Assembly: GCA_041650915.1 (NCBI GenBank)
Contig: JBAZKE010000003.1
Span: 85,226-149,225 of the forward strand
Source of the DNA: Patescibacteria group bacterium
Lineage (GTDB): Bacteria > Patescibacteriota > Patescibacteriia > UBA10025 > JAHIVO01
Length of the DNA: 64,000 nt
Direction of reading: 5' to 3'
This document shows, in pieces, positions 9,476 through 18,328 of the stretch. Below the pieces are notes generated by a model. It ran no database searches and was not told the origin of the DNA. It was given only the letters and a program-made list of their open reading frames with translations. Within the stretch, counting starts at the first letter, position 1. Each line of letters opens with the position of its first letter. Both the position numbers and the translations under genes were made by a program.

Positions 9476-10228
9476 GTGCATCAGGCAATCAAAAACAGCA
9501 AGCAGGGAGGATTTACGCTCATCGAGATGATCGTTGCGCTGTCGATTTTTGTCATGATCATCTTGATCGTCGTGAACGTTTTTGTCGTCATCAACAACAC
9601 ACAGCGGAAGACCGTCGCGATGCAACGCGTGCAGGATGACGTACGGTACCTGCTCGAAGCTGTTGCGCAGGAGATTAGGCTCGGCACGATCAACTATGCG
9701 CACTACGGTGACATGGAGTACGATTTGCACGAACTCGATACTGAAGGGGAGTTTGTACTCGCACTCACGAATCAGGCGGATGAACAGATTTTTTTCAGGC
9801 GGAGCCCCGGCGCTCTCGGGCCGGGAACCGGCACGAAAGTTCAGTACTGTTCAGAAGCCGGCACAGGCGTGTGCGATGAGGAGGCCGGTACCGGCTGGTA
9901 CGATATAACGCCCGAGTCGGTTGAAATCACGAATCTGCGTTTTATCATCACGCCGAGCGCTGATCCGATGGCCGAGGCGGCAGAAACGGCGTGCGCCGAT
10001 GACGGCGACTGTGACGATGCAGGCCTATTCTCATACCGCTGCGATAGTGGCGGGGACGATACGTGCCACTATTCCACGGACGGGGGAAATTTCCAGCCCA
10101 AGGTGCGCATTGTATTCCAGGCGCAGACTGATGATGCCAGGATTTCCGAATCGCAGCGGCAGATTTCCATCCAGACGACGATTTCTTCACGGATCATGTC
10201 GGGCAGGGCGATAAACATGAATTACTAA
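9476..10228 (+). CDS. Minor pilin / pseudopilin (GGFTLIEMIVAL)
   Basis: Prepilin motif G|FTLIE followed by a hydrophobic helix. The C-terminus is acidic and Cys-containing. Confidence 0.7.
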   Translation: MHQAIKNSKQGGFTLIEMIVALSIFVMIILIVVNVFVVINNTQRKTVAMQRVQDDVRYLLEAVAQEIRLGTINYAHYGDMEYDLHELDTEGEFVLALTNQADEQIFFRRSPGALGPGTGTKVQYCSEAGTGVCDEEAGTGWYDITPESVEITNLRFIITPSADPMAEAAETACADDGDCDDAGLFSYRCDSGGDDTCHYSTDGGNFQPKVRIVFQAQTDDARISESQRQISIQTTISSRIMSGRAINMNY

Positions 10229-10231
10229 CGT

Positions 10232-11695
10232 ATGGAGACCAGGACACATCAGCATGGCATCGCGCTCCTCTATTCGCTCCTCGTGATTTCACTCTTTACG
10301 GCTATCGCGATTACCATCTCAATCATCGTCATCAATGAGCTCAAGCTCACCGCCAGCTCGACCGATGCGACGGTCGCATACTATGCGGCGGAGTCCGGCA
10401 TTGAACGGGGTCTCCATACCGTGCAGCTCGCGCGCGCTGATTCCACGAAGACGCTCCAGGATGCGGTTGATGAGGTTGGGCAGCTCAGCGCAGACCTCGA
10501 CTGGAGCAAAGCCAGCTATACCGATGAGGACAGCCAGAAGGCGACGTCGCGCATTGAGCACGTTGAGGTCAAGGAGTATGAGTACATACAGGCTGACTAC
10601 TATGACGTAAGCAGCCCGCTGGATCCAACAGACGGCGTGGTCGTCAGGACGCTCATGGTCGTCAATGGCGATGGAATAACCAATCCCGACGCGGCTTCGT
10701 ACGCAGAGGTTTCGTGGACGGCGTGGAACAGCAACGGCTTGCTCGAGTCGTCAGCGAGCGCCCGCAAGGTCATCGGGCCGTCTGATCTCGAGGAGGGGTG
10801 GACGCTCGATTTGCAGGCGCCATACTCGGACACCTTTATTCCCGTCGGGTACCGCGTCAGGGTCAAGGCCCTCCTCGGCGATTTGTCGGACGTAACGCTG
10901 ACTCCCCGGAAGGCTGACGGCAATGAGCTGTCGGATGATGAGCTCCCGTCCCAGCTGCAGATCAAATCAATCGGGACGTACAGGAATTTCAAGCAGTCGC
11001 TCACCGCTACCGTTCCGTGGAAGGTGCCGCTCTTCGGGCTGTATGACTACGTGCTGTTCAGCGAGAGCACTATTTTGAAAGATATCGTCCTGAGCGCGCC
11101 GACATACTCGTCCGGCGTTATCCATCCGGAAGCAAACATACCGACCAATCAGATGTGCAATCTATCGCCCTGCGACGGCAGCTGTGAATCGACTTGGGAT
11201 TGGCAGGGGTGGTGCCCGTCCGGGTCAACGCGGATGGCATGCTACGGTTCGGCGCAGGGAGCATACCCGCCGTTTCCTCCCGGGACGTGCGCGATGGGGG
11301 CAGAGTTAGAAATGTACGGTTTTGTCCTGCCGATGCCCGATACCGTGCCCCAGGGTGATGAGTACTACGTTTCGCTGAGAATGCACTACCACTATAACAA
11401 TGCCCTGAGCGATGGCCAGGATCGCGACCTCTCGGTGAGCATCAGCGGCCAGTCAATCATCGTCAATGACCAGAAACCTGGAGAGACCGAGGTATGGCAT
11501 ACGTGCACGATTCCGGAAACGTTTTCGCTTGGCGACCCCGCGCTTCCGGAAACGGATCAGTCGCGCACGATCGAGTTTGCGGTACACCCGTATGGAGACG
11601 AGACGGTACCCGGGACCGGGTGGGAAGCGGAGGATTTTATTACGGTAGATTGGTACCAGCTGAGCACGTACAAGGTATTCCCCGACTGTGAATAG
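10232..11695 (+). CDS. Large PilX-N-domain minor pilin (tip or adhesin candidate)
   Basis: The N-terminus QHGIALLYSLLVISLFTAIAITIS resembles a PilX_N-type pseudopilin helix. 487 aa, with a Cys-rich C-terminal region containing CESTWDWQGW. Confidence 0.55.
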   Translation: METRTHQHGIALLYSLLVISLFTAIAITISIIVINELKLTASSTDATVAYYAAESGIERGLHTVQLARADSTKTLQDAVDEVGQLSADLDWSKASYTDEDSQKATSRIEHVEVKEYEYIQADYYDVSSPLDPTDGVVVRTLMVVNGDGITNPDAASYAEVSWTAWNSNGLLESSASARKVIGPSDLEEGWTLDLQAPYSDTFIPVGYRVRVKALLGDLSDVTLTPRKADGNELSDDELPSQLQIKSIGTYRNFKQSLTATVPWKVPLFGLYDYVLFSESTILKDIVLSAPTYSSGVIHPEANIPTNQMCNLSPCDGSCESTWDWQGWCPSGSTRMACYGSAQGAYPPFPPGTCAMGAELEMYGFVLPMPDTVPQGDEYYVSLRMHYHYNNALSDGQDRDLSVSISGQSIIVNDQKPGETEVWHTCTIPETFSLGDPALPETDQSRTIEFAVHPYGDETVPGTGWEAEDFITVDWYQLSTYKVFPDCE

Positions 11696-11707
11696 TTATA
11701 ATCTATT

Positions 11708-13735
11708 ATGAATAAAGAGGAGGCTAAACTTCGCATTCAGAAGCTGCGGAAAGAAATACAGCACCACCGGTACCTGTATCACGTACTGGACCGACAGGAG
11801 ATTTCTGATGCTGCGCTGGATTCTCTCAAGCACGAGCTCGTACGGCTCGAGCAGAGTTACCCTGATTTGATTACGGCTGAATCTCCGACCCAGCGCGTCG
11901 GCGGAAAACCGCTCGGAAAATTTGAAAAAGTCGACCATGCAACCCGCATGCTGTCGCTCAACGACGTATTCAGCGCCGAGGAGGTGGCTGAGTGGGAGGC
12001 GAGGATTATGAAGCTCATCGGCAAGAAGCCCGCCTACTATGCGGAGCTCAAGGTCGACGGACTCGCACTGAGCCTCGTCTACATGGACGGCCTCCTCACG
12101 AGGGCTGCTACCCGCGGTGACGGCAGGGTCGGCGAGAACGTAACGGTAAACGCGAGGACGATTGAAGCGATCCCGCTGCGCCTCAGGCGGTCAGAACGCA
12201 TCAAGCACGCCGGCGTTATCGAGGTCCGCGGTGAGGTGTACATGCTGAAAAAGCACTTCGACGAGCTCAACCGGAAGCAGAAGGAAAGAGGTGAACAGCT
12301 CTTTGCGAATCCCCGCAATGCTGCTGCCGGGAGCGTGCGCCAGCTCGATTCTGCCGTTACGGCATCCAGGAAGCTCTCATTTATTGCATACGATCTCATT
12401 ACTGAATCTGGTTTTTCGAAGCATAGCCAAGAGCACGAAGTGCTCGCTGATCTGGGTTTCAACAGCGGCATACGGTACAATAAGATATGCCGGACGCTCG
12501 ATGAGGTCGGCGTTTACCATCAGCAGACCATGAAGCAGCGGAATGCGCTCGCTTTTTGGGTCGATGGCATCGTTGTTTCGGTCGATGACAACGAGCTGTA
12601 TAAACAACTTGGCACGGTAGGAAAGGCGCCGCGCGGCGCGATCGCGTATAAATATCCCGCTGAGCAGGCAACGACGATCGTGGAGGACATACAGGTCCAG
12701 GTCGGCCGAACCGGGGCGCTGACGCCAGTCGCTCACCTGAAACCGGTGTCAATCGCCGGCTCTACCGTCTCACGTGCAACACTGCACAATATCGATGAGA
12801 TTGAACGGCTCGGCGTCCGCATTGGCGACACGGTCATTCTGGAAAAAGCGGGCGATATCATTCCGGATATTGTCGAAGTGCTCCCTAAGCTCCGTAACGG
12901 CAAGGAGAAAAAGTTTTCCATGCCAAAGAAATGCCCGGTTTGCGGATCTGCCGTGCAGAGGAAGCAGGGCGAGGTTGCGTCTTACTGTTCGAATAAAAAC
13001 TGCTATGCACAGCAGCATGAGGGGTTGCGCCACTTTATTTCGAAGAAAGCGTTTGATATCGACGGGCTCGGCCCGAAGGTGCTCGAGCAGCTGTTTAAGG
13101 CGGATCTCGTCAAGAGCGCGCCCGATCTATTCGACCTGACTGAAAACGACCTGCGGCCGCTCGAGCGGTTTGCGGACAAGTCAGCTGAGAACCTGGTTGC
13201 CGCGATCCGCCATTCCAAAAAAGTTTCACTGTCAAGATTTATTTTCGCGCTCGGCATCAGGCACGTCGGGGAGGAAACCGCTCTTGCCCTCGCCACGGCG
13301 TACAAAAGCATTGGCGCCCTATCGCGCGCAAGTAAAATTCAACTGGAAAAAATACCTGATATCGGCGCCACGGTCGCACAGAGTATTGTCGATTTTTTCA
13401 ATGATAACGAAAAGCTGAAGTTTATCCGGGAGTTAACGGAGAGGGTGAGGATAATCCACGCTCCACCCGTTAGTCTGGTTTCAGGTCACGTGCTGTCCGG
13501 CAAGAGAGTCGTGATTTCCGGTACCTTCCAGTTCGCAGGCAGGGAGGAGATAAAAGAAAAGCTACGTTCGGCCGGTGCAAAAGTGTCGAGTAGCTTGTCC
13601 CAGAATACGGATTATTTTTTCGTTGGCAAAGATCCGGGAGAATCAAAAATTAAAAAAGCAAAAGAGTTGGGAATACATGAGAGCACTGAATCGGAACTGC
13701 GGAGATTAGTTGGAGAAACATCATCAATACAATAA
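11708..13735 (+). CDS. ligA: NAD-dependent DNA ligase LigA
   Basis: Adenylation motif KVDG (KLDG-type), OB fold, Zn finger CPVCGS..C, HhH repeats and a C-terminal BRCT domain. Confidence 0.9.
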   Translation: MNKEEAKLRIQKLRKEIQHHRYLYHVLDRQEISDAALDSLKHELVRLEQSYPDLITAESPTQRVGGKPLGKFEKVDHATRMLSLNDVFSAEEVAEWEARIMKLIGKKPAYYAELKVDGLALSLVYMDGLLTRAATRGDGRVGENVTVNARTIEAIPLRLRRSERIKHAGVIEVRGEVYMLKKHFDELNRKQKERGEQLFANPRNAAAGSVRQLDSAVTASRKLSFIAYDLITESGFSKHSQEHEVLADLGFNSGIRYNKICRTLDEVGVYHQQTMKQRNALAFWVDGIVVSVDDNELYKQLGTVGKAPRGAIAYKYPAEQATTIVEDIQVQVGRTGALTPVAHLKPVSIAGSTVSRATLHNIDEIERLGVRIGDTVILEKAGDIIPDIVEVLPKLRNGKEKKFSMPKKCPVCGSAVQRKQGEVASYCSNKNCYAQQHEGLRHFISKKAFDIDGLGPKVLEQLFKADLVKSAPDLFDLTENDLRPLERFADKSAENLVAAIRHSKKVSLSRFIFALGIRHVGEETALALATAYKSIGALSRASKIQLEKIPDIGATVAQSIVDFFNDNEKLKFIRELTERVRIIHAPPVSLVSGHVLSGKRVVISGTFQFAGREEIKEKLRSAGAKVSSSLSQNTDYFFVGKDPGESKIKKAKELGIHESTESELRRLVGETSSIQ

Positions 13736-13769
13736 AAGGAACCCCGGCATTGTCGCGCTGTTCCTTTTT
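13735..13769 (+). terminator. Intrinsic terminator after ligA
   Basis: Stem AAAGGAAC...GTTCCTTT followed by TTT. Confidence 0.5.
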
Positions 13770-14053
13770 ATGGTTGAACTGCCTGGACTAACACCGGGGT
13801 TTATTTGCACTGTGGTTTGAGAAGCGTGCTGCATGCCAGCGGAGGGGGGGGATCCGAAGATAACTTCGGACGCCAGACAGAGTCCGGCACGCTAGCGGTG
13901 CCACATACTCCTCTCCCCACAGTTTTTCTGATCAAAAGGACATAGAGCATATACTAGCTGATTGGCCGCAGCTGTCAATTCCGCAGATTTCGGGTATTGT
14001 GGATAACTGCGGCGGCATTTGTTTTTGGATATTCGCGGTGCTATACTTTGAGT

Positions 14054-14341
14054 ATGGAATTTACAGAGCACGACGTAGAAAAGCTCGCTGGCCTGGCAAG
14101 AATTGAGCTGACAGAACAGCAGAAGCGCACCTTCAGCAAACAGATCGCTTCAATTTTAGATTACGTGCGCCAGGTGCAAGAGGTCGATACAAGCGGGGCA
14201 AGAACGAGTGAAGGCAACTACCGCAAGATCGAATCGCTCCGTACGGATGCGGTATCCCAAACAAAGGAGCAGGAAGAAATCGTAAGGCAGTTCCCCGATC
14301 GGCTCGGCAACCTAAATAAAGTAAGGCGCGTTTTCGATTAG
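14054..14341 (+). CDS. gatC: Glu-tRNA(Gln)/Asp-tRNA(Asn) amidotransferase subunit C
   Basis: The translation MEFTEHDVEKLAGLARIELTEQQ... is GatC-like, with gatA immediately downstream. Confidence 0.8.
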   Translation: MEFTEHDVEKLAGLARIELTEQQKRTFSKQIASILDYVRQVQEVDTSGARTSEGNYRKIESLRTDAVSQTKEQEEIVRQFPDRLGNLNKVRRVFD

Positions 14342-14344
14342 CGT

Positions 14345-15814
14345 ATGGAACTCAATGAGTTGAGCATTGCCGCAGCGCACGACGGCCTCGCCAAAAGAAA
14401 ATTTTCTTCAAAAGAAATAACCCAGTCGTGCTTAGACCAGATTGCACAGCACGATAAAAAAGTTGCGGCATTCCTCAACGTCGATGCGGAAGGCGCGCTT
14501 GCGCAAGCAGCGGACGCTGATGGGCGCATCGCTGCAGGCACGCCTGGCGCGCTGTGTGGCATACCGATCGCACTGAAGGACCTCATTCTGCAGAAGGGAA
14601 CCGTTACGACCGGCGGTTCAAAAATACTTGAAAAGTATACCGCAACGTACGATGCGACCGTGGTGAGCAAGCTCGCCGAAACCCGCGCAGTTTTTATCGG
14701 CAAGACAAACCTCGACGAGTTCGCGATGGGCTCTTCGACCGAGAATTCGGCATTTCAGAAGACAAAAAATCCATGGAACCTCGAGCGGGTGCCGGGCGGG
14801 TCTTCGGGCGGCTCGGCTGCTGCCGTTGCGGCGGATATGTGCCTCGGTGCGCTCGGAACGGATACGGGTGGGTCCGTGCGCCAGCCCGCATCGCTCTGCG
14901 GCATCGTCGGCCTCAAGCCGACGTACGGCAGTGTATCACGGTACGGCATCATCGCGATGGCGTCTTCCCTCGATCAGGTCGGGCCGATGGCCAAGACAGT
15001 CAGGGATGCAGCGCTCCTCTTTAACGTGATCGCAGGCAAGGATGCGCACGACAGTACGACCGTAAAGCTAAAGCCTGTCGACCTGGAGGCGCTCGAGCGG
15101 GGCATAAACGGTATCGCGATTGGGATTCCCGATGAGTACTTTATCGAAGGAATGGATGCGGGCGTGCAGGAGAGCGTTGAGCGTGCTATCGAAAAACTCA
15201 GAGAGCTCGGCGCGCGCGTCAGTACCGTCAGCCTGCCGCTGACCAGGTACGCCCTCGCCGTCTACCAGCTGACGATGACCTCTGAGGTGTCTACGAATCT
15301 CGCGCGGTACGACGGGATCCGGTACGGGCACTCGGCGGTGTCTGGCGCCGGAACGCCACCGGCGGATCTCATTGAAGTGTATCGGAAGTCGAAGGCCGCC
15401 GGTTTCGGGGACGAGGCAAAGCGCCGGATTATCCTCGGAACATTCGCGCTCTCAGCCGGGTACCACGACCAGTACTACGTCAAGGCGCAGCAGGTGCGGA
15501 AGATGATCGAAAGGGAATTTACGGACGTTTTTAAGAGTGTTGACTGCCTCATCACGCCGACTTCGCCGAGCGTCGCGTTTAAGGTCGGAGAGCGGTACGC
15601 AGATCCGCTCACGATGTACCTGTCCGATATTTATACGGTGCCGGCGAATATGGGTAACATTTGCGGCATTTCAGTTCCGTGCGGCTTTGTTGGCGGGTTG
15701 CCGGTGGGCCTGCAGGTGCTGGCGAAACCATTCGATGAAGCGACGCTCTTCCGTGTAGCGCGCGCCTACGAGCAGGCAACTGAGTGGCATGCGCGGCGCC
15801 CCCAGCTCAATTGA
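14345..15814 (+). CDS. gatA: Glu-tRNA(Gln) amidotransferase subunit A (amidase)
   Basis: Amidase signature GGSSGGSAAAVAA and a Ser-cisSer-Lys triad context. 489 aa. Confidence 0.9.
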   Translation: MELNELSIAAAHDGLAKRKFSSKEITQSCLDQIAQHDKKVAAFLNVDAEGALAQAADADGRIAAGTPGALCGIPIALKDLILQKGTVTTGGSKILEKYTATYDATVVSKLAETRAVFIGKTNLDEFAMGSSTENSAFQKTKNPWNLERVPGGSSGGSAAAVAADMCLGALGTDTGGSVRQPASLCGIVGLKPTYGSVSRYGIIAMASSLDQVGPMAKTVRDAALLFNVIAGKDAHDSTTVKLKPVDLEALERGINGIAIGIPDEYFIEGMDAGVQESVERAIEKLRELGARVSTVSLPLTRYALAVYQLTMTSEVSTNLARYDGIRYGHSAVSGAGTPPADLIEVYRKSKAAGFGDEAKRRIILGTFALSAGYHDQYYVKAQQVRKMIEREFTDVFKSVDCLITPTSPSVAFKVGERYADPLTMYLSDIYTVPANMGNICGISVPCGFVGGLPVGLQVLAKPFDEATLFRVARAYEQATEWHARRPQLN

Positions 15815-15868
15815 CAAATCCGCCGATATTTTATACGATGTACCTAACACAACTAATAAAAAATCATT

Positions 15869-16300
15869 ATGGCAAAGGATAAGAGCAAGGAAACGATAAA
15901 AGATTTGAACGGTAAGTTTAATTCAAAGATTCTGCTTGTCGAGGACGACAAGATGCTCGCTGACATGTATATCACGAAGTTTACGAAAGAAGGACTCAAG
16001 GTGATGCGCGCGGAAGATGGCGCACAGGGCCTCGCGATGGCCAAGAAAGAAAAGCCTGATCTCGTGTTGCTCGATATCATCATGCCGAAACTGGACGGTT
16101 TTGCGGTGCTTAAAGAGCTGAAGCAGGATCCGAATACCCAGAATACCCACGTGCTGCTGCTCACCAACCTCGGCCAGTCGGAAGACGTCGAGAAGGGCAA
16201 AGAACTTGGCGCTGATGACTACTTTATCAAGGCAAACCACACGCCGGCGGAAATCGTTGAGAAGGTGCGGTACATGCTCACTAAAAAAATGCAGGAATAA
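15869..16300 (+). CDS. Single-domain response regulator receiver, paralog of 603-995
   Basis: 143-aa receiver domain, ~55 % identical by eye to the pilB-adjacent regulator (ILLVEDD..LLDIIMPK..LLLTNLGQ..YFIKA). Confidence 0.75.
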   Translation: MAKDKSKETIKDLNGKFNSKILLVEDDKMLADMYITKFTKEGLKVMRAEDGAQGLAMAKKEKPDLVLLDIIMPKLDGFAVLKELKQDPNTQNTHVLLLTNLGQSEDVEKGKELGADDYFIKANHTPAEIVEKVRYMLTKKMQE

Positions 16301-16303
16301 ATT

Positions 16304-16906
16304 ATGAAGATGAAAGCAGACCCGCGGAAAGAACGCACGGTTGTTTTACTGAAGCCAGACGCAATCAAGCGCGGCCTGGCAGGAGAGATACTCACTCGCT
16401 TTGAAAAAGCGGGCTTTAAGATCGCTGCCCTCAAGATGGTTCACGTCAATGCCGACCTTGTCGCCAAGCACTACCCCGATAACAGGGAGTACCTTGCGCT
16501 CGTCGGCGGAAAGACGCTCAAGACGTACGAGGAGTACGGCATGGATCCCGGTGAGGAGCTCGGAACGAAGGACGCATACGAAATCGGAAAGATGGTGCGC
16601 ACGTGGAACATGGAATTTTTAAGCTCGGGGCCCGTCATCGCAATCCTGCTCCAGGGCATCCACGCGGTCGATGCCGTCCGCATGATGGTAGGCAATACGC
16701 TTCCCCGGTTTGCCCAGCCTGGCACGATCCGCGGTGATTACTCGCTCGATTCACCTATCCTCGCGAATATGCAGAAGCGGACGGTCAAGAACATGATTCA
16801 CGCATCGGGTACGGTTGAGGAGGCACAGTTCGAGGCTGAACTCTGGTTTCGCAAGAATGAGATTCATGAGTACAAGCGGGCTGACGAAGAGATTATGTTT
16901 GAATAG
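16304..16906 (+). CDS. ndk: Nucleoside diphosphate kinase with a ~50-aa internal insertion
   Basis: NDK motifs VVLLKPDA, the NMIHASG active-site His and RGD. 200 aa against the usual ~140. Confidence 0.8.
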   Translation: MKMKADPRKERTVVLLKPDAIKRGLAGEILTRFEKAGFKIAALKMVHVNADLVAKHYPDNREYLALVGGKTLKTYEEYGMDPGEELGTKDAYEIGKMVRTWNMEFLSSGPVIAILLQGIHAVDAVRMMVGNTLPRFAQPGTIRGDYSLDSPILANMQKRTVKNMIHASGTVEEAQFEAELWFRKNEIHEYKRADEEIMFE

Positions 16907-16909
16907 GGC

Positions 16910-16937
16910 TTGACGCCGTTGCCGGTTTTAGTATACT
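16910..16937 (+). promoter_or_regulatory. Sigma70-like promoter (TTGACG, 16 nt, TATACT) for the small-ORF cluster
   Basis: Hexamers read directly from the sequence. Confidence 0.4.
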
Positions 16938-16947
16938 TGTATACATT

Positions 16948-17064
16948 ATGGAAGCTGTAAATTGCCTGAAAGCGCATCTGGGCAGTAAAACATACACCGT
17001 AATCGGTGCCTTCTTTGTGATTAGCATTATCGTTATTATTAGCGGCTTACTGGTTAGCTTGTAG
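16948..17064 (+). CDS. Small hydrophobic peptide (38 aa, MEAVNCLKAHLGSKTYTVIGAFFVISIIVIISGLLVSL)
   Basis: Read by hand; below the 60-aa cutoff of the ORF track. It has an upstream promoter and a downstream hairpin plus T-run. Confidence 0.3.
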   Translation: MEAVNCLKAHLGSKTYTVIGAFFVISIIVIISGLLVSL

Positions 17065-17261
17065 TTCAACTCTCAGGAAGAAGTACAGACTAGCCGGTAA
17101 GCGGCTCGTTTTTTTAATATGAGGCACAACCAGAGGTTTTTCTTTATGAGCCCCTTTTTCATTAAGGATCGCCTTGTCCAGACGTGAAGTCGAAGATTCG
17201 ATGTTTCTTGAAAAATACAAAAAGTGCAACAGAAATAAAAACAGCAGATTGGAGGTTATGT

Positions 17262-17480
17262 ATGCTCGGAATGGGTTTGGATAACTGCGGTTCGTTTGCA
17301 CCGCTGCCGGTTGAAGAACGCATTGTTGCCGATTCTCCTGCTCAGCTCAAGCAGACACTCGTTGGGCGGAATGAATTTCATGAAGCCAGCTTGCGCGTTT
17401 CCCCTGAGACACTCCTCAGGTTAATCGAGCTCTTGCCGGCTGATGGTCCCGTAGACGTATGTTTGATTACGAGGCGTTAA
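17262..17480 (+). CDS. Small hypothetical protein (72 aa)
   Basis: An RBS GGAGG lies 7 nt before the ATG. The leader sequence is shared with the next small gene. Confidence 0.4.
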   Translation: MLGMGLDNCGSFAPLPVEERIVADSPAQLKQTLVGRNEFHEASLRVSPETLLRLIELLPADGPVDVCLITRR

Positions 17481-17813
17481 CCGTGCCAGGCATCTCCGTA
17501 CCCATCATGGCAAAGTCCCAGCGGCGCCGTCCTGCTGCTGGGGCTTTTCTTTTTCTCCCGGTATGCTATACTCATTGCCAGTATGCAACCGCACAGTGAT
17601 GCACAGCCAATCCAGAAAAAGAACCTGAAAGCACAGGCTGCATTTATCGTTGCCCGGAAGGATGGCAAGAAGCGAACGGCGAGCCCGCTGGTGGTTGGTT
17701 TGTAGATAGTACAGTCGAGAGCATTTACAGACGAGCCATCAGTAGGCTCGTTTTTTTGCATTGAAAAACATACTGAAAATAAAAACAGAATCAACTTTTT
17801 GGAGGATTCAAAC

Positions 17814-18077
17814 ATGGCACGTTTTATCATCGATTCGATCGGCTTTGAAGGTGAGGGCTTCGGCAGCGAGTGCGTGATAGCGTTCGGCAGCGGTTCAGGT
17901 TCGTTCCGATTCGGCGGCGGACGGGTTATTTCGCAGATCGTCCAACTGGTCGTCGGCACGGAGGGCGGTTCAATCGAGCTCGAGGGTGAGTACGGCGCGG
18001 TCATATGCGTCAGTGAAGCCCAAAAAGCTGAGATCGAGCGCTGGGCGAACCGGTACGGCACCTGCTGCGGTTACTGA
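17814..18077 (+). CDS. Gly-rich small protein (87 aa, ends ...GTCCGY)
   Basis: An RBS GGAGG precedes the ATG. A strong intrinsic terminator follows. Confidence 0.45.
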   Translation: MARFIIDSIGFEGEGFGSECVIAFGSGSGSFRFGGGRVISQIVQLVVGTEGGSIELEGEYGAVICVSEAQKAEIERWANRYGTCCGY

Positions 18078-18098
18078 TATTTTCACTTCAAAGCTCTG

Positions 18099-18127
18099 AG
18101 GCTCCCTTTCGGGGGAGCCTTTTTTAT
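18099..18127 (+). terminator. Rho-independent terminator
   Basis: AGGCTCCC-TTTC-GGGAGCCT followed by TTTTT. Confidence 0.65.
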
Positions 18128-18254
18128 TGCAAATGGCGCCATAAAAGCTATAATGAGTGTAAGTAATAACACAACGGGGTGTGGCCCCGCATCATTCACT
18201 CTGTTCAGATGCGGGGTAAAGGTGCTTTATCTGTTACGTTATTATGAGCTTAAT

Positions 18255-18328
18255 CGGGGATTAGCGCAGTTGGCTAGCGCGCATGCATGGGGTGCATGAG
18301 GTCACCGGTTCAAGTCCGGTATCCCCGA
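18255..18328 (+). tRNA. tRNA-Pro (anticodon GGG)
   Basis: A cloverleaf was folded by hand: acceptor CGGGGAT/ATCCCCG, anticodon stem CATGC/GCATG, loop ATGGGGT, T-loop TTCAAGT. No encoded CCA. Confidence 0.8.
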
